From assembly GCA_029258825.1 (NCBI GenBank), contig JAPDKA010000003.1:2065-66064 (forward strand): 64,000 nucleotides of DNA. The letters run 5' to 3'. Numbering within the stretch: position 1 is the stretch's first letter; every line of letters begins with the position of its first letter. The stretch is from an archaeon (GTDB lineage Archaea > Nanobdellota > Nanobdellia > Pacearchaeales > JAPDKA01). The notes under the pieces were generated by a model. That model had not been told where the DNA came from. It worked only from the letters and a program-made list of their open reading frames with translations, and made no database searches. Of the stretch, positions 55,868-64,000 are shown in pieces. The position numbers and the translations under genes are program-made.

Positions 55868-57487
55868 TTAATCTTGCTTAGCGTCTATCACAACCACGTT
55901 AATGCTGTCTCTCAACAGCTTGCTTATTAAATCACCTGTATGAGCTGCTCCGTACACTACACCAAAAACAGAAGTGCTGTGGGAGTTAAGGAATTCTTTT
56001 ATTTTCTCTACCAAAACAGAATCCCTCTTATCAATGGCAAAATGATAATATTCAAGAGGAGACTCAAATAAGTTCAGTTTCAGTTCAAGACCAAGATATT
56101 TCATTAGATCTACAAGGCTCGCATTGGGATTGCTTTTGAAGAACTCTTCTGAACTTTTAATCAACCAATCTGCACTTTCCTCTATTTTTTCTTTAGAACT
56201 TTCTATCTCCTTAAGACGCTCTTCAATATCACGGGAAACAGTTACTGGATTCAATATTTTAAGTATTTTATACAGTCCGCAAACGTAGTTATCAACATCA
56301 CAAGGATACAATTTGCCCTTTTCTCTCTTGTCAGGCGGAGGGCAGTAGAAAGGATCTTCCATTTCTTTAAACAATCTCCAATCTTCAATATCTGAAATAA
56401 ACATCCTCAAAAACATGTATTCGAAATTATCAGAAAAGTTATCAGACCATACGGTATCGAACTTATAAAGGTGGGCAAGCATTTCAGCTATAACAAGTGG
56501 CATAAGAGATAACTTACCAAAGAAGCGGACAAGTTGATAATAAGCATTTATTATTTTAGACCGAATACTTGCTCCTTTACAAGATTCGCCCAGATAATCG
56601 GATAAATGATAAGTAAGAATGGATTCTGCTCGTGCAGAATCTCCTGCTAATGCTAAAGAGTCTGCAGTACAAAGAATCATGAGATCTTTAGACTTCAGAA
56701 CTTCAAAGAAAAAATCTTTTCTATTTTTCCATTCAATATACTCTCTAAGAGAATTGAATGCCTCATCATTTACTTTTCCCTCCTCCGCTGGGAGCAATTT
56801 AATCTGTGGGTTCTTAACTGCTGCAAGCACATCACCACCAAAATAAAGATAAAAGATATCCTCAATAATCGATGCGTTTTCTTTGATTTTTTCCTTCATA
56901 AAGTTAATATATTTCCAATACTTGGGTGGAACAACTTCTCTATTTTTTTCTAATACTGTAAGCATACGATCAGCTTCCTCAACCAAGCTATCTAGCTTAG
57001 CGATATTCTTTTTTGCAACTTGTTTACGTTCGGCGATTCCCTCTTCTGTTTCGAATCCTTCCACAAAAATGTAGGAAAGGCCAAGATTTGCATGCAGTTT
57101 TGATATGATCGAATCGAGGTTTTTTTGACACTTAATAGCAGCCTTCGTGCTTAGATATTCTGTTGAATCGGTAGAGGGCCACCTTATTACTTCATACGAA
57201 TAAAGAGGACTTTTATGTATTTGCGGAAGGTAAATGCATGTTGCTATAGCATGGTCTGCTTTATACAGTTCAACATTAGGAAATTCGCTTTTTCTTATTC
57301 TAAGGGTATCATTACGAGCAGGCACAACCAAATATTCATCTTCAGGTTTATGCTCAACAACTTGCTCTTGCTTTTTTGTCTGAACAGGTGTCACATTATT
57401 AGATGTAGAATTGACTAAGCTGAGTGAAACACAGTTTGGCAACCAAAATGCTAGTGCCACTAATAGGTTTCTAATTAGATTTCTCAT
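55868..57487 (-). CDS. large secreted protein, TIKI/TraB/EreA/ChaN-superfamily-like motifs
   Basis: Signal peptide; LPQIH, IFVEG, RDSVLV, VVYGAAH; start placed at MRNLI. Confidence 0.6.
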   Translation of the reverse strand: MRNLIRNLLVALAFWLPNCVSLSLVNSTSNNVTPVQTKKQEQVVEHKPEDEYLVVPARNDTLRIRKSEFPNVELYKADHAIATCIYLPQIHKSPLYSYEVIRWPSTDSTEYLSTKAAIKCQKNLDSIISKLHANLGLSYIFVEGFETEEGIAERKQVAKKNIAKLDSLVEEADRMLTVLEKNREVVPPKYWKYINFMKEKIKENASIIEDIFYLYFGGDVLAAVKNPQIKLLPAEEGKVNDEAFNSLREYIEWKNRKDFFFEVLKSKDLMILCTADSLALAGDSARAESILTYHLSDYLGESCKGASIRSKIINAYYQLVRFFGKLSLMPLVIAEMLAHLYKFDTVWSDNFSDNFEYMFLRMFISDIEDWRLFKEMEDPFYCPPPDKREKGKLYPCDVDNYVCGLYKILKILNPVTVSRDIEERLKEIESSKEKIEESADWLIKSSEEFFKSNPNASLVDLMKYLGLELKLNLFESPLEYYHFAIDKRDSVLVEKIKEFLNSHSTSVFGVVYGAAHTGDLISKLLRDSINVVVIDAKQD

Positions 57488-57578
57488 TATGAAGTAGTCG
57501 CTTTTTGTTTTATAAAGTTTTCTGTTTTGTGCATGATTCAGCACGAATTTTTATATATTTTCTAATTTTTCTTTGAAC

Positions 57579-58154
57579 ATGCCAACCACGTTGCTTGATT
57601 TAATAGCATCAGACATTGTTTGGGTTGCTGTGATCGCAATAGTTGTTTTGCTTGGGAAGCACAAGAAAAACACACATAAGTACAGCAAGATAAATGCTGT
57701 ACTCAATTTTAAAATAAAACTAGACAATAGCATAAAAACAATACTCATTCCTGCGTTGTTGAGCATTGCCTTATTCAGTGTGTTTGCACTAACAAGCAAG
57801 CAAAAGATTATTGCTTATGATGTTCCGTTAGCTTATTTATTGATTTCTGCTGTTGTTATTGCACCAATAGCTGAAGAATTGCTATGTAGGGGTATTTTAC
57901 TTGGATGTTTTTTGTATTGTTCAAGATGGATAAAAAACAAATATGCAAGAATCAGCTTTATAGCTGTTGGTTTTCTGCTACAACTTTCTATCTTTGTAAT
58001 TTTTCATTTAAGAACCAAACCTTTCGAAATTGTCATGCTTGCAGCAAATGGTTTTTTATTCAGCATACTTTTTCTTGCATATAGAACAAACTTACTACCG
58101 AGTATAATTGCTCACGCTGTGAGCAATTTAGCAGTAATATTGACGAATTTCTAA
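57579..58154 (+). CDS. CPBP (Abi/CAAX) intramembrane metalloprotease
   Basis: APIAEELLCRG, FVIFH, SIIAHAVSN. Confidence 0.88.
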   Translation: MPTTLLDLIASDIVWVAVIAIVVLLGKHKKNTHKYSKINAVLNFKIKLDNSIKTILIPALLSIALFSVFALTSKQKIIAYDVPLAYLLISAVVIAPIAEELLCRGILLGCFLYCSRWIKNKYARISFIAVGFLLQLSIFVIFHLRTKPFEIVMLAANGFLFSILFLAYRTNLLPSIIAHAVSNLAVILTNF

Positions 58155-58210
58155 TTAAAATTAGTTAAAATTTTTTCAAGAAAATTTGATATATTTAGTA
58201 GAGATTTGTA

Positions 58211-58699
58211 TTAAATTAATCCAAAATAAATAACTCCTGGAATTTTTTCTTTAAAATAGAATTGTAAATATCGGATTTTACGTAATTTTACAACAATTTT
58301 CTCGAAGTGGATTTGCCAATGTTTATGATTATGCTCTGCCGGAAAAGCTATAAACAAAACAGCTTTGTTTTTATAGTTTGTCGATTTTAATTTTTCAATA
58401 TCATTTATTATTCCTTGTATATTCTTTGTTATAGGACGTGTTTTATTTTTTACATTTTCATATCGAATATTAGTATTAACTGTTTTAAGTTCAATTGCCC
58501 AATTTTCAAAAGTGATGTCAATTCTATCTCGTTCGGGGGTTACATCTTTAAAAAATTTGGATAATATATCACATAATTCCACTTTTAACCAACCCTCAAA
58601 TTTGGCCCTTTCTCTCGCAAAAATAGACAAACTTTGACTATTTTCCAACTTTAGTCTAAGTTGATTAATTATTAATTCGGCGACCCTTTCGAATTTCAT
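58211..58699 (-). CDS. putative PD-(D/E)xK nuclease
   Basis: FEGWLKVE...RIDITFENWAIELK...INDIEKL. Confidence 0.6.
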   Translation of the reverse strand: MKFERVAELIINQLRLKLENSQSLSIFARERAKFEGWLKVELCDILSKFFKDVTPERDRIDITFENWAIELKTVNTNIRYENVKNKTRPITKNIQGIINDIEKLKSTNYKNKAVLFIAFPAEHNHKHWQIHFEKIVVKLRKIRYLQFYFKEKIPGVIYFGLI

Positions 58700-58820
58700 T
58701 GTAAATTAAATATATTTAATTTTTTGTTTAATGCTATCAATCTTTTATAGGTGAAACTAGGATCAAAAAGTTTGTTGTACGGATAGCTGTACACAAGCTC
58801 TGTTTTTGGAATTCTAATAA

Positions 58821-59183
58821 TCATTTTTTCCTGACCTTTACAACCAAATGTTGGCCTCTCAAAGCTTCAGCTTTAGATAGTTCCCAGTCCAGCTTCATTA
58901 AACTTTTAACAAAAGGATGAGACAAATTCAATTTATAGTATATAGATTTACCGATCTTTCTCGTTTTTATCACAATACCATATCGTAAAAATTTAGGAAA
59001 AAATTTCTTTAGAGTGTTATAACTAACTCTGCTCTTTCTTGCTATTTCTGTGATAGGAAAATCAAAAAAATGATTCTCCATTAAAAAATCTATTACCCTC
59101 ATTTGAGGCGTGCTACCCATGTATTGCAGAAATATAGATTTTCTCTCCCTCATTCTCCGACCATCCATCCGACCACCCACCAT
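58821..59183 (-). CDS. wHTH transcriptional regulator (ArsR/TrmB-like)
   Basis: RVIDFL...ITEIARKSRVSYNTL...TRKIGKSIYYKLN; start uncertain. Confidence 0.75.
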   Translation of the reverse strand: MVGGRMDGRRMRERKSIFLQYMGSTPQMRVIDFLMENHFFDFPITEIARKSRVSYNTLKKFFPKFLRYGIVIKTRKIGKSIYYKLNLSHPFVKSLMKLDWELSKAEALRGQHLVVKVRKK

Positions 59184-59309
59184 TTATTTTTTGCAAAGCA
59201 ATATTTATTTATCATATCAAATAATACCTACGTATTAATACATGTATCAAACAACAAAAATATTTATAAATCTTTCTATCATTGAAACTTTAATTTCAAA
59301 AATTGAAAA

Positions 59310-59570
59310 ATGCAATCAGACATAGAAACCATAAAAGCACAGATTATGTGGAAACTTGTAAGGAAAGGAAATTGGGGCCACTGCTATGACAGATTAGAAC
59401 ACTTCAAAAGATTTCCCATGCTAGATAAAGCAATAAAAGAATTAGTAAAACAAGAATGGATAATCATACATAAAAAATCAAGATTCAAAGCAATTTCTCT
59501 CAACCCCAAATACAAATATGAGATTATCAAATTCATTGAAGATAAGATGAAATATATCAAAGAAAGTTAA
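59310..59570 (+). CDS. small hypothetical wHTH-like protein
   Basis: RKGNWGHCY...AIKELVKQEWII...ISLNP; divergent from the HTH regulator. Confidence 0.6.
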   Translation: MQSDIETIKAQIMWKLVRKGNWGHCYDRLEHFKRFPMLDKAIKELVKQEWIIIHKKSRFKAISLNPKYKYEIIKFIEDKMKYIKES

Positions 59571-59686
59571 AAACTGTTTATTGCGAAACCTTTAAAAAGC
59601 TATAAAGAGGTGTTAAGCTAAGTTAAGCTAAGCTTGTGGGGATTCGGGGAGTAGAAAAATGATACTAAACATTTATTTAGGAGGAG

Positions 59687-60685
59687 ATGGCAAAGGCACA
59701 CAAACCACGCAAAGGAAGCTTGCAATTTTGGCCGCGCAAAAGAGCGTCAAAGCTAGTGCCTAGAGTAAACTGGAAACAGCTTGAGGCAAAATATAATGAT
59801 ACTTGTTTGTTAGGATTTTTAGGCTATAAAGTAGGTATGTGTTCTGTACTTGCAAAAGACCTCACAGAGCATTCAATGACAAAAGGCAAAAAAATTGTTG
59901 TTCCTGTTAGTGTTGTTGAATGCCCGCCTATGAAAATTCTAGCAGTAAGGTTTTATAAAGACGGCAAAGCTGCATGTGATGTTTTATCGTGCAATCTTGA
60001 TAAAGAACTAAAGAAAAAACTAAAGCTACCTCAAAAACAACTAACTAAAGACGATGTTCTTGCAAAGCTAAACGAAATAGAGCAAAAACTCGATGAGCTT
60101 GGCTATGATAATGTCAGGCTTCTTGTTTATTCACTTGTGAAAAAAACAAAGATAAAGAAAAAACCAGACATAGCTGAAATTGCTGTTGGTGGCAAAAACA
60201 TAAGAGAAAAATTAGCATACATAAAAGAACTAATTGGCAAGGAAATAGATGTAAAGCAAGTGCTAAAGCCTGACATGCTTATAGATGTGCGCGGTGTAAC
60301 AAAAGGCAAAGGTACACAAGGTCCAATTAAGAGGTTCGGCATAGGAAGAAAGCAACACAAGAGCGAAAAAGGTGTAAGACGTCCTGGTAGCCTTGGTCCA
60401 TGGACACCAAAGAAAGTTTCGTTTAGAGCACCAATGGCTGGTCAACTTGGATTTTTTAAGCGTGTACAGTACAACAATAAAATGCTTGACATAGCAAACA
60501 TAAATGAAAAAGACATTAATCCAAAAGGTGGGTGGACGCATTACGGTTTAATAAGGACTGCATGGATAATGCTAAAAGGCTCTGTGCAAGGACCACCAAA
60601 AAGACCTTTAATGCTTACATATGCCTTAAGGCCAACAAAGAGAACTGAAAAATTAAAGTTGGATGTGCTAGAAATAATAAGTTAA
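59687..60685 (+). CDS. rpl3: 50S ribosomal protein L3
   Basis: PRKGSLQFWPRKRA, GYKVGM, TKGKGTQGPIKRFG; SD ggagga. Confidence 0.97.
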   Translation: MAKAHKPRKGSLQFWPRKRASKLVPRVNWKQLEAKYNDTCLLGFLGYKVGMCSVLAKDLTEHSMTKGKKIVVPVSVVECPPMKILAVRFYKDGKAACDVLSCNLDKELKKKLKLPQKQLTKDDVLAKLNEIEQKLDELGYDNVRLLVYSLVKKTKIKKKPDIAEIAVGGKNIREKLAYIKELIGKEIDVKQVLKPDMLIDVRGVTKGKGTQGPIKRFGIGRKQHKSEKGVRRPGSLGPWTPKKVSFRAPMAGQLGFFKRVQYNNKMLDIANINEKDINPKGGWTHYGLIRTAWIMLKGSVQGPPKRPLMLTYALRPTKRTEKLKLDVLEIIS

Positions 60686-60686
60686 A

Positions 60687-61682
60687 ATGATTAAAGCAAA
60701 TGTATACAACTTGAATGCAGAAAAGGTAAAGCAAATTGAGTTGCCATGGTCTAAACAAGCATTCAGACCAGACATCATTTTTAAGGCATGGGAAGTCTTA
60801 AAGCTCAATGCAAGACATCCATATGGAGCTTATCCTTTAGCAGGCAAAGAGGTTAGCGCAAGCAGCAAGCAAAAGCACAGACGTCATAGATGGAAAAGTT
60901 TATACGGAAGAGGCATTAGCAGAGTGCCGCGTAAAATATTATTGAGGAGGGGTGAACAATTCCATTGGGTTGGCGCATTCATTTCTGGAACTAGAGGTGG
61001 TAGGCGTGCTCATCCACCAAAACCAGAACGTCGCACATTAAAGATAAATGAGAAAGAAAAATTGAAAGCATTGTTAAATGCCTTATATGCATGCAGCGAT
61101 ATCAACATTGTAAAGCAAAGATACAGCAAAATTAAAGATAATGAAGAAATTGCAAAGCATTTAGCAAATATTGGCTTGCCTGTTGTTATAACAGCTCTTG
61201 ATGTTGACAAAGCAAAAACATTCAAGCAGTTTTTAGAAAAAATATTCGATAAAGCAATAGATGTTGTGTTGAAGAAAAAGAAAGTTAGAGCAGGAAAAGG
61301 TAAGATGCGTGGAAGACGATACAAAACAACTGCAGGAATGTTGCTTGTTATTGCAAGCAGTGAGGAAGAAAAAGCAAAAAAGATTAGAAACTTACCAATA
61401 GAAATTGTCAAAGCAAAATTATTAAGCATTAAACATCTTGCTCCTGGCGGTCATGCAGGCAGGATTGTCATGTTCACTGAAAAAGCCATCAATGAACTTG
61501 CAGAAAGATTAAAACAAAAACAAGAAAGCTTAGCAAAAAGAAAAACGAAAAAGATTGAAAAATTAAAGATAAAAGAAACAGAAGAAAAAACAAATCAGGC
61601 AGAACAAAGCAAAGAAAGCGAAAGCAAGAGCAAAACAAGCAAAACAAAAAAGCAAAGTAAAAAGCAAAGTAAATCAAAATAA
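60687..61682 (+). CDS. rpl4: 50S ribosomal protein L4 with charged C-terminal tail
   Basis: RPDII, GRGISRVPR, GGRRAHPPK, RAGKGKMRGRRY, LAPGG. Confidence 0.96.
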   Translation: MIKANVYNLNAEKVKQIELPWSKQAFRPDIIFKAWEVLKLNARHPYGAYPLAGKEVSASSKQKHRRHRWKSLYGRGISRVPRKILLRRGEQFHWVGAFISGTRGGRRAHPPKPERRTLKINEKEKLKALLNALYACSDINIVKQRYSKIKDNEEIAKHLANIGLPVVITALDVDKAKTFKQFLEKIFDKAIDVVLKKKKVRAGKGKMRGRRYKTTAGMLLVIASSEEEKAKKIRNLPIEIVKAKLLSIKHLAPGGHAGRIVMFTEKAINELAERLKQKQESLAKRKTKKIEKLKIKETEEKTNQAEQSKESESKSKTSKTKKQSKKQSKSK

Positions 61683-61691
61683 TAACGCAAA

Positions 61692-61937
61692 ATGGTGCTT
61701 ATCAAACCATTAATGACTGAAAAGCTGTTGAAACTTGTAGAAAGTGAAAACAAAATAGCATTCGAAGTTGAACGCAAAGCAAACAAAAGTGCGATTAAGC
61801 AAGCAGTAGAAAAAATGTTTAATGTTAAAGTCGTCAAAGTTAATACCATGATAAGGAAAAACAAGAAGATAGCAATAGTAAAGCTAGCAAAAGAAAATCC
61901 TGCAATAGACCTAGCAACACAGCTAGGCATAATTTAA
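61692..61937 (+). CDS. rpl23: 50S ribosomal protein L23
   Basis: PLMTEK, ENKIAFEV, IKQAVEKMFNVKV. Confidence 0.96.
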   Translation: MVLIKPLMTEKLLKLVESENKIAFEVERKANKSAIKQAVEKMFNVKVVKVNTMIRKNKKIAIVKLAKENPAIDLATQLGII

Positions 61938-61971
61938 TAATTAAACAAAATTAAAGCAATAAAAAGCCAAA

Positions 61972-62676
61972 ATGGGTAAGCGGATCATACAACAAAGACG
62001 TGGAAGAGGAAGCCCGACTTATGCAGTCAGAAAACGTGCATACAGGTTTAAAATAGCTTATCCCCCGCTTGATGTTGAAGGCCAAGCAACAGTCCTAGAC
62101 ATTATTAACTCACCTGGCCATACAGCACCACTAGTTAAGTTAAGCATTAATGGTAAAACATATTATAATCCTGCTGTTCTTGGGATTGCTAAAGATGATG
62201 TTATTGAAATAGGTAGTAATGCTGAAGTAAGGCCTGGTTGTATATTACCGCTTGCCAATATTCCTGTTGGTGTTGAAATATGCAACATCGAGCTAAGGCC
62301 TGGTGACGGCGGTAAACTCGTTAGAGCAAGCGGAACTAGCGCTAAGATTGTGAAAAAACTAGATGATAAAGTGATTGTCCTAATGCCGTCGAAAAAAGAA
62401 AAAGTTTTTGATGCTAGAGCAAGAGCAACTGTTGGCATTGTTGCAGGTTTTGGAAGAAAGGAAAAACCGTGGGTTAAAGCAGGTAAAAAGTGGCATGCAA
62501 TGCATGCCAGAGGTAAGCTTTATCCACGCACAAGTGCAGTAAAGATGAATGCTGTAGACCACCCATTCGGCAGTGGACGTGGCAAGAACATAAAATCAAA
62601 GATAGCAAAACGCAATGCACCACCTGGTAAGAAAGTTGGTCTAATTAGGCCAAGGAGAACTGGTAAGAAAAAATAA
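61972..62676 (+). CDS. rpl2: 50S ribosomal protein L2
   Basis: MGKRIIQQRRGRGS, PGDGGKLVRASG, MNAVDHPFG. Confidence 0.97.
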   Translation: MGKRIIQQRRGRGSPTYAVRKRAYRFKIAYPPLDVEGQATVLDIINSPGHTAPLVKLSINGKTYYNPAVLGIAKDDVIEIGSNAEVRPGCILPLANIPVGVEICNIELRPGDGGKLVRASGTSAKIVKKLDDKVIVLMPSKKEKVFDARARATVGIVAGFGRKEKPWVKAGKKWHAMHARGKLYPRTSAVKMNAVDHPFGSGRGKNIKSKIAKRNAPPGKKVGLIRPRRTGKKK

Positions 62677-62735
62677 AGTAAAAATAAATTGTTAATTAAA
62701 AAACAAAAACACAAATAAAGCACAAACAAGGCAAA

Positions 62736-63134
62736 ATGGCTGAAATGGAAAAGCAAGAGTTTATGTTTAGGGGAAAAACAATAGAAGAGCTAAAACAAAT
62801 GCCGCTCAGCGAATTTGCAAAACTAGTGAAAAGTCGCGAGAGAAGAAGTTTGTTAAGGCAACTTGAACAGATGGAAAAATTTTTGGCAAGATGTGAGAAA
62901 AAGCTTGCTAAAGGAAAACCTATAAAGACGCATTGGAGAGACGCTATTATTGTGCCACGCATGATTGGCTGGACAATTCATGTTCATAATGGTAAGGAGT
63001 TCATTCCTGTTGAAATAAAACCAGAAATGCTGGGCCACAGACTTGGCGAATTTGCACTAACAAGAAAACCTGTCAAGCACTCTGCACCAGGTGTCGGTGC
63101 AACACGAAGCTCAGCATTTTTATCAGTTAAATAA
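62736..63134 (+). CDS. rps19: 30S ribosomal protein S19
   Basis: [35 protein letters not shown]. Confidence 0.97.
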   Translation: MAEMEKQEFMFRGKTIEELKQMPLSEFAKLVKSRERRSLLRQLEQMEKFLARCEKKLAKGKPIKTHWRDAIIVPRMIGWTIHVHNGKEFIPVEIKPEMLGHRLGEFALTRKPVKHSAPGVGATRSSAFLSVK

Positions 63135-63144
63135 AAACGCTAAA

Positions 63145-63759
63145 ATGACAGAAGAAAAAACAAAAGAAGAAACAAAAAAGGAAAAGCAAGAGGAAAAGCA
63201 AACAAAGCAAGAAGCAAATTCAAAGCAAGAGCAAGAGGCAAAGTCACAAGATAAAGCTGAAACTAAAACAGACAAAACTACGCAGGAAACAGAAAAAGAA
63301 AAGGAAAAGCAAACAAAGAAAGAGCAAAAGCAAAAACAGAAAAAACGCGATTATGCTATTGCGAAAGGCATAGACCTGCCTATTTCAACAAAACACAGTA
63401 TTGCAATATGCAGATTTATCAAAGGTAAACATCCGGCTGAAGCAATAGAAATGCTTGAAAAAGTAAGAAAATTAAAGCTTGCTGTGCCAATGCAAGGCGA
63501 AATACCACATAGAAAAGGCCGCATTATGTCTGGCCGTTATCCTGTTAAAGCTGCTGAATACTTTATTAAAGTATTAAAAACAGTCATTGCTAATGCTGTT
63601 CAACTTGGTTTAGATGAAAGTAAGCTTTACATAAGTATTGCAAAAGCTGACAAAGCATCAAGGCCATACAGGCCAAGCAGACATCTTGGAAGGCGTTTCA
63701 AAAGAACTCATTTGCTAATAGAAGTCCGTGAATTAAACAAGCAAAACCCAACAAAATGA
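63145..63759 (+). CDS. rpl22: 50S ribosomal protein L22 with long E/K/Q/T-rich N-terminal extension
   Basis: ISTKHSIAICRFIKG, GRYPVKAA; start placed at MTEEK. Confidence 0.93.
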   Translation: MTEEKTKEETKKEKQEEKQTKQEANSKQEQEAKSQDKAETKTDKTTQETEKEKEKQTKKEQKQKQKKRDYAIAKGIDLPISTKHSIAICRFIKGKHPAEAIEMLEKVRKLKLAVPMQGEIPHRKGRIMSGRYPVKAAEYFIKVLKTVIANAVQLGLDESKLYISIAKADKASRPYRPSRHLGRRFKRTHLLIEVRELNKQNPTK

Positions 63760-64000
63760 TAGAGAAAAAATTTGTCGCAGAAAAAAAGCAAGAGTTTAAA
63801 ATTAAGGAATACATCAAGCAGCGCTTTGATTTTATCAGCGATGTTAAAATTGAACGAGTCCCAGTAGGTGAAAAAGTAATTATCAAAACAAGCAGGCCTG
63901 AACTTGTCATAGGAAGGCGTGGTGAAACTTTGATGAATTTAACAGAGAAACTCAAAAAAGAATTCCAACTTGAAAATCCACACATTGAAGTACTGCCAGT
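63756..64000 (+). CDS. rps3: 30S ribosomal protein S3, partial
   Basis: MIEKKFV...SRPELVIGRRG (KH domain); ATG overlaps the rpl22 stop; runs off the window end. Confidence 0.93.
   Translation, partial: MIEKKFVAEKKQEFKIKEYIKQRFDFISDVKIERVPVGEKVIIKTSRPELVIGRRGETLMNLTEKLKKEFQLENPHIEVLP

Noticed and set aside
1-64000. CRISPR array, integrase, transposase, reverse transcriptase/DGR or rRNA
   Set aside because: No regularly spaced repeats and no such protein motifs or rRNA-like sequence were seen by eye

Overview
AT-rich archaeal chromosome segment, most consistent with a DPANN archaeon (Pacearchaeota/Woesearchaeota-like). Evidence: archaeal-type rfcS/rfcL, ATP-dependent ligase, RtcB, exosome/proteasome cluster, rpoK, L15e, the start of the L3 ribosomal protein operon, an S-layer gene, BRE-TATA promoters just upstream of start codons, and an intron-containing tRNA-Ile(UAU). 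Housekeeping blocks are interrupted by single accessory genes, and a defence-rich accessory region lies at about 44.1-59.6 kb. Most notable observations: (1) a type III restriction-modification locus in which four tandem, mutually similar helix+HTH mini-proteins and a HEPN-like gene sit between mod and res, with their own promoter and palindromic site, chained by overlaps to res; (2) four COG1373 (AAA_14/DUF4143) ATPase genes, each with a different pair of repeats flanking its TATA box about 33 bp apart, two sharing a near-identical 3' module and one bracketed by a 50-bp direct repeat; (3) a probable collapsed cas6 remnant; (4) a strongly structured leader before the S-layer gene. All calls are by eye from sequence motifs; no database searches were run.
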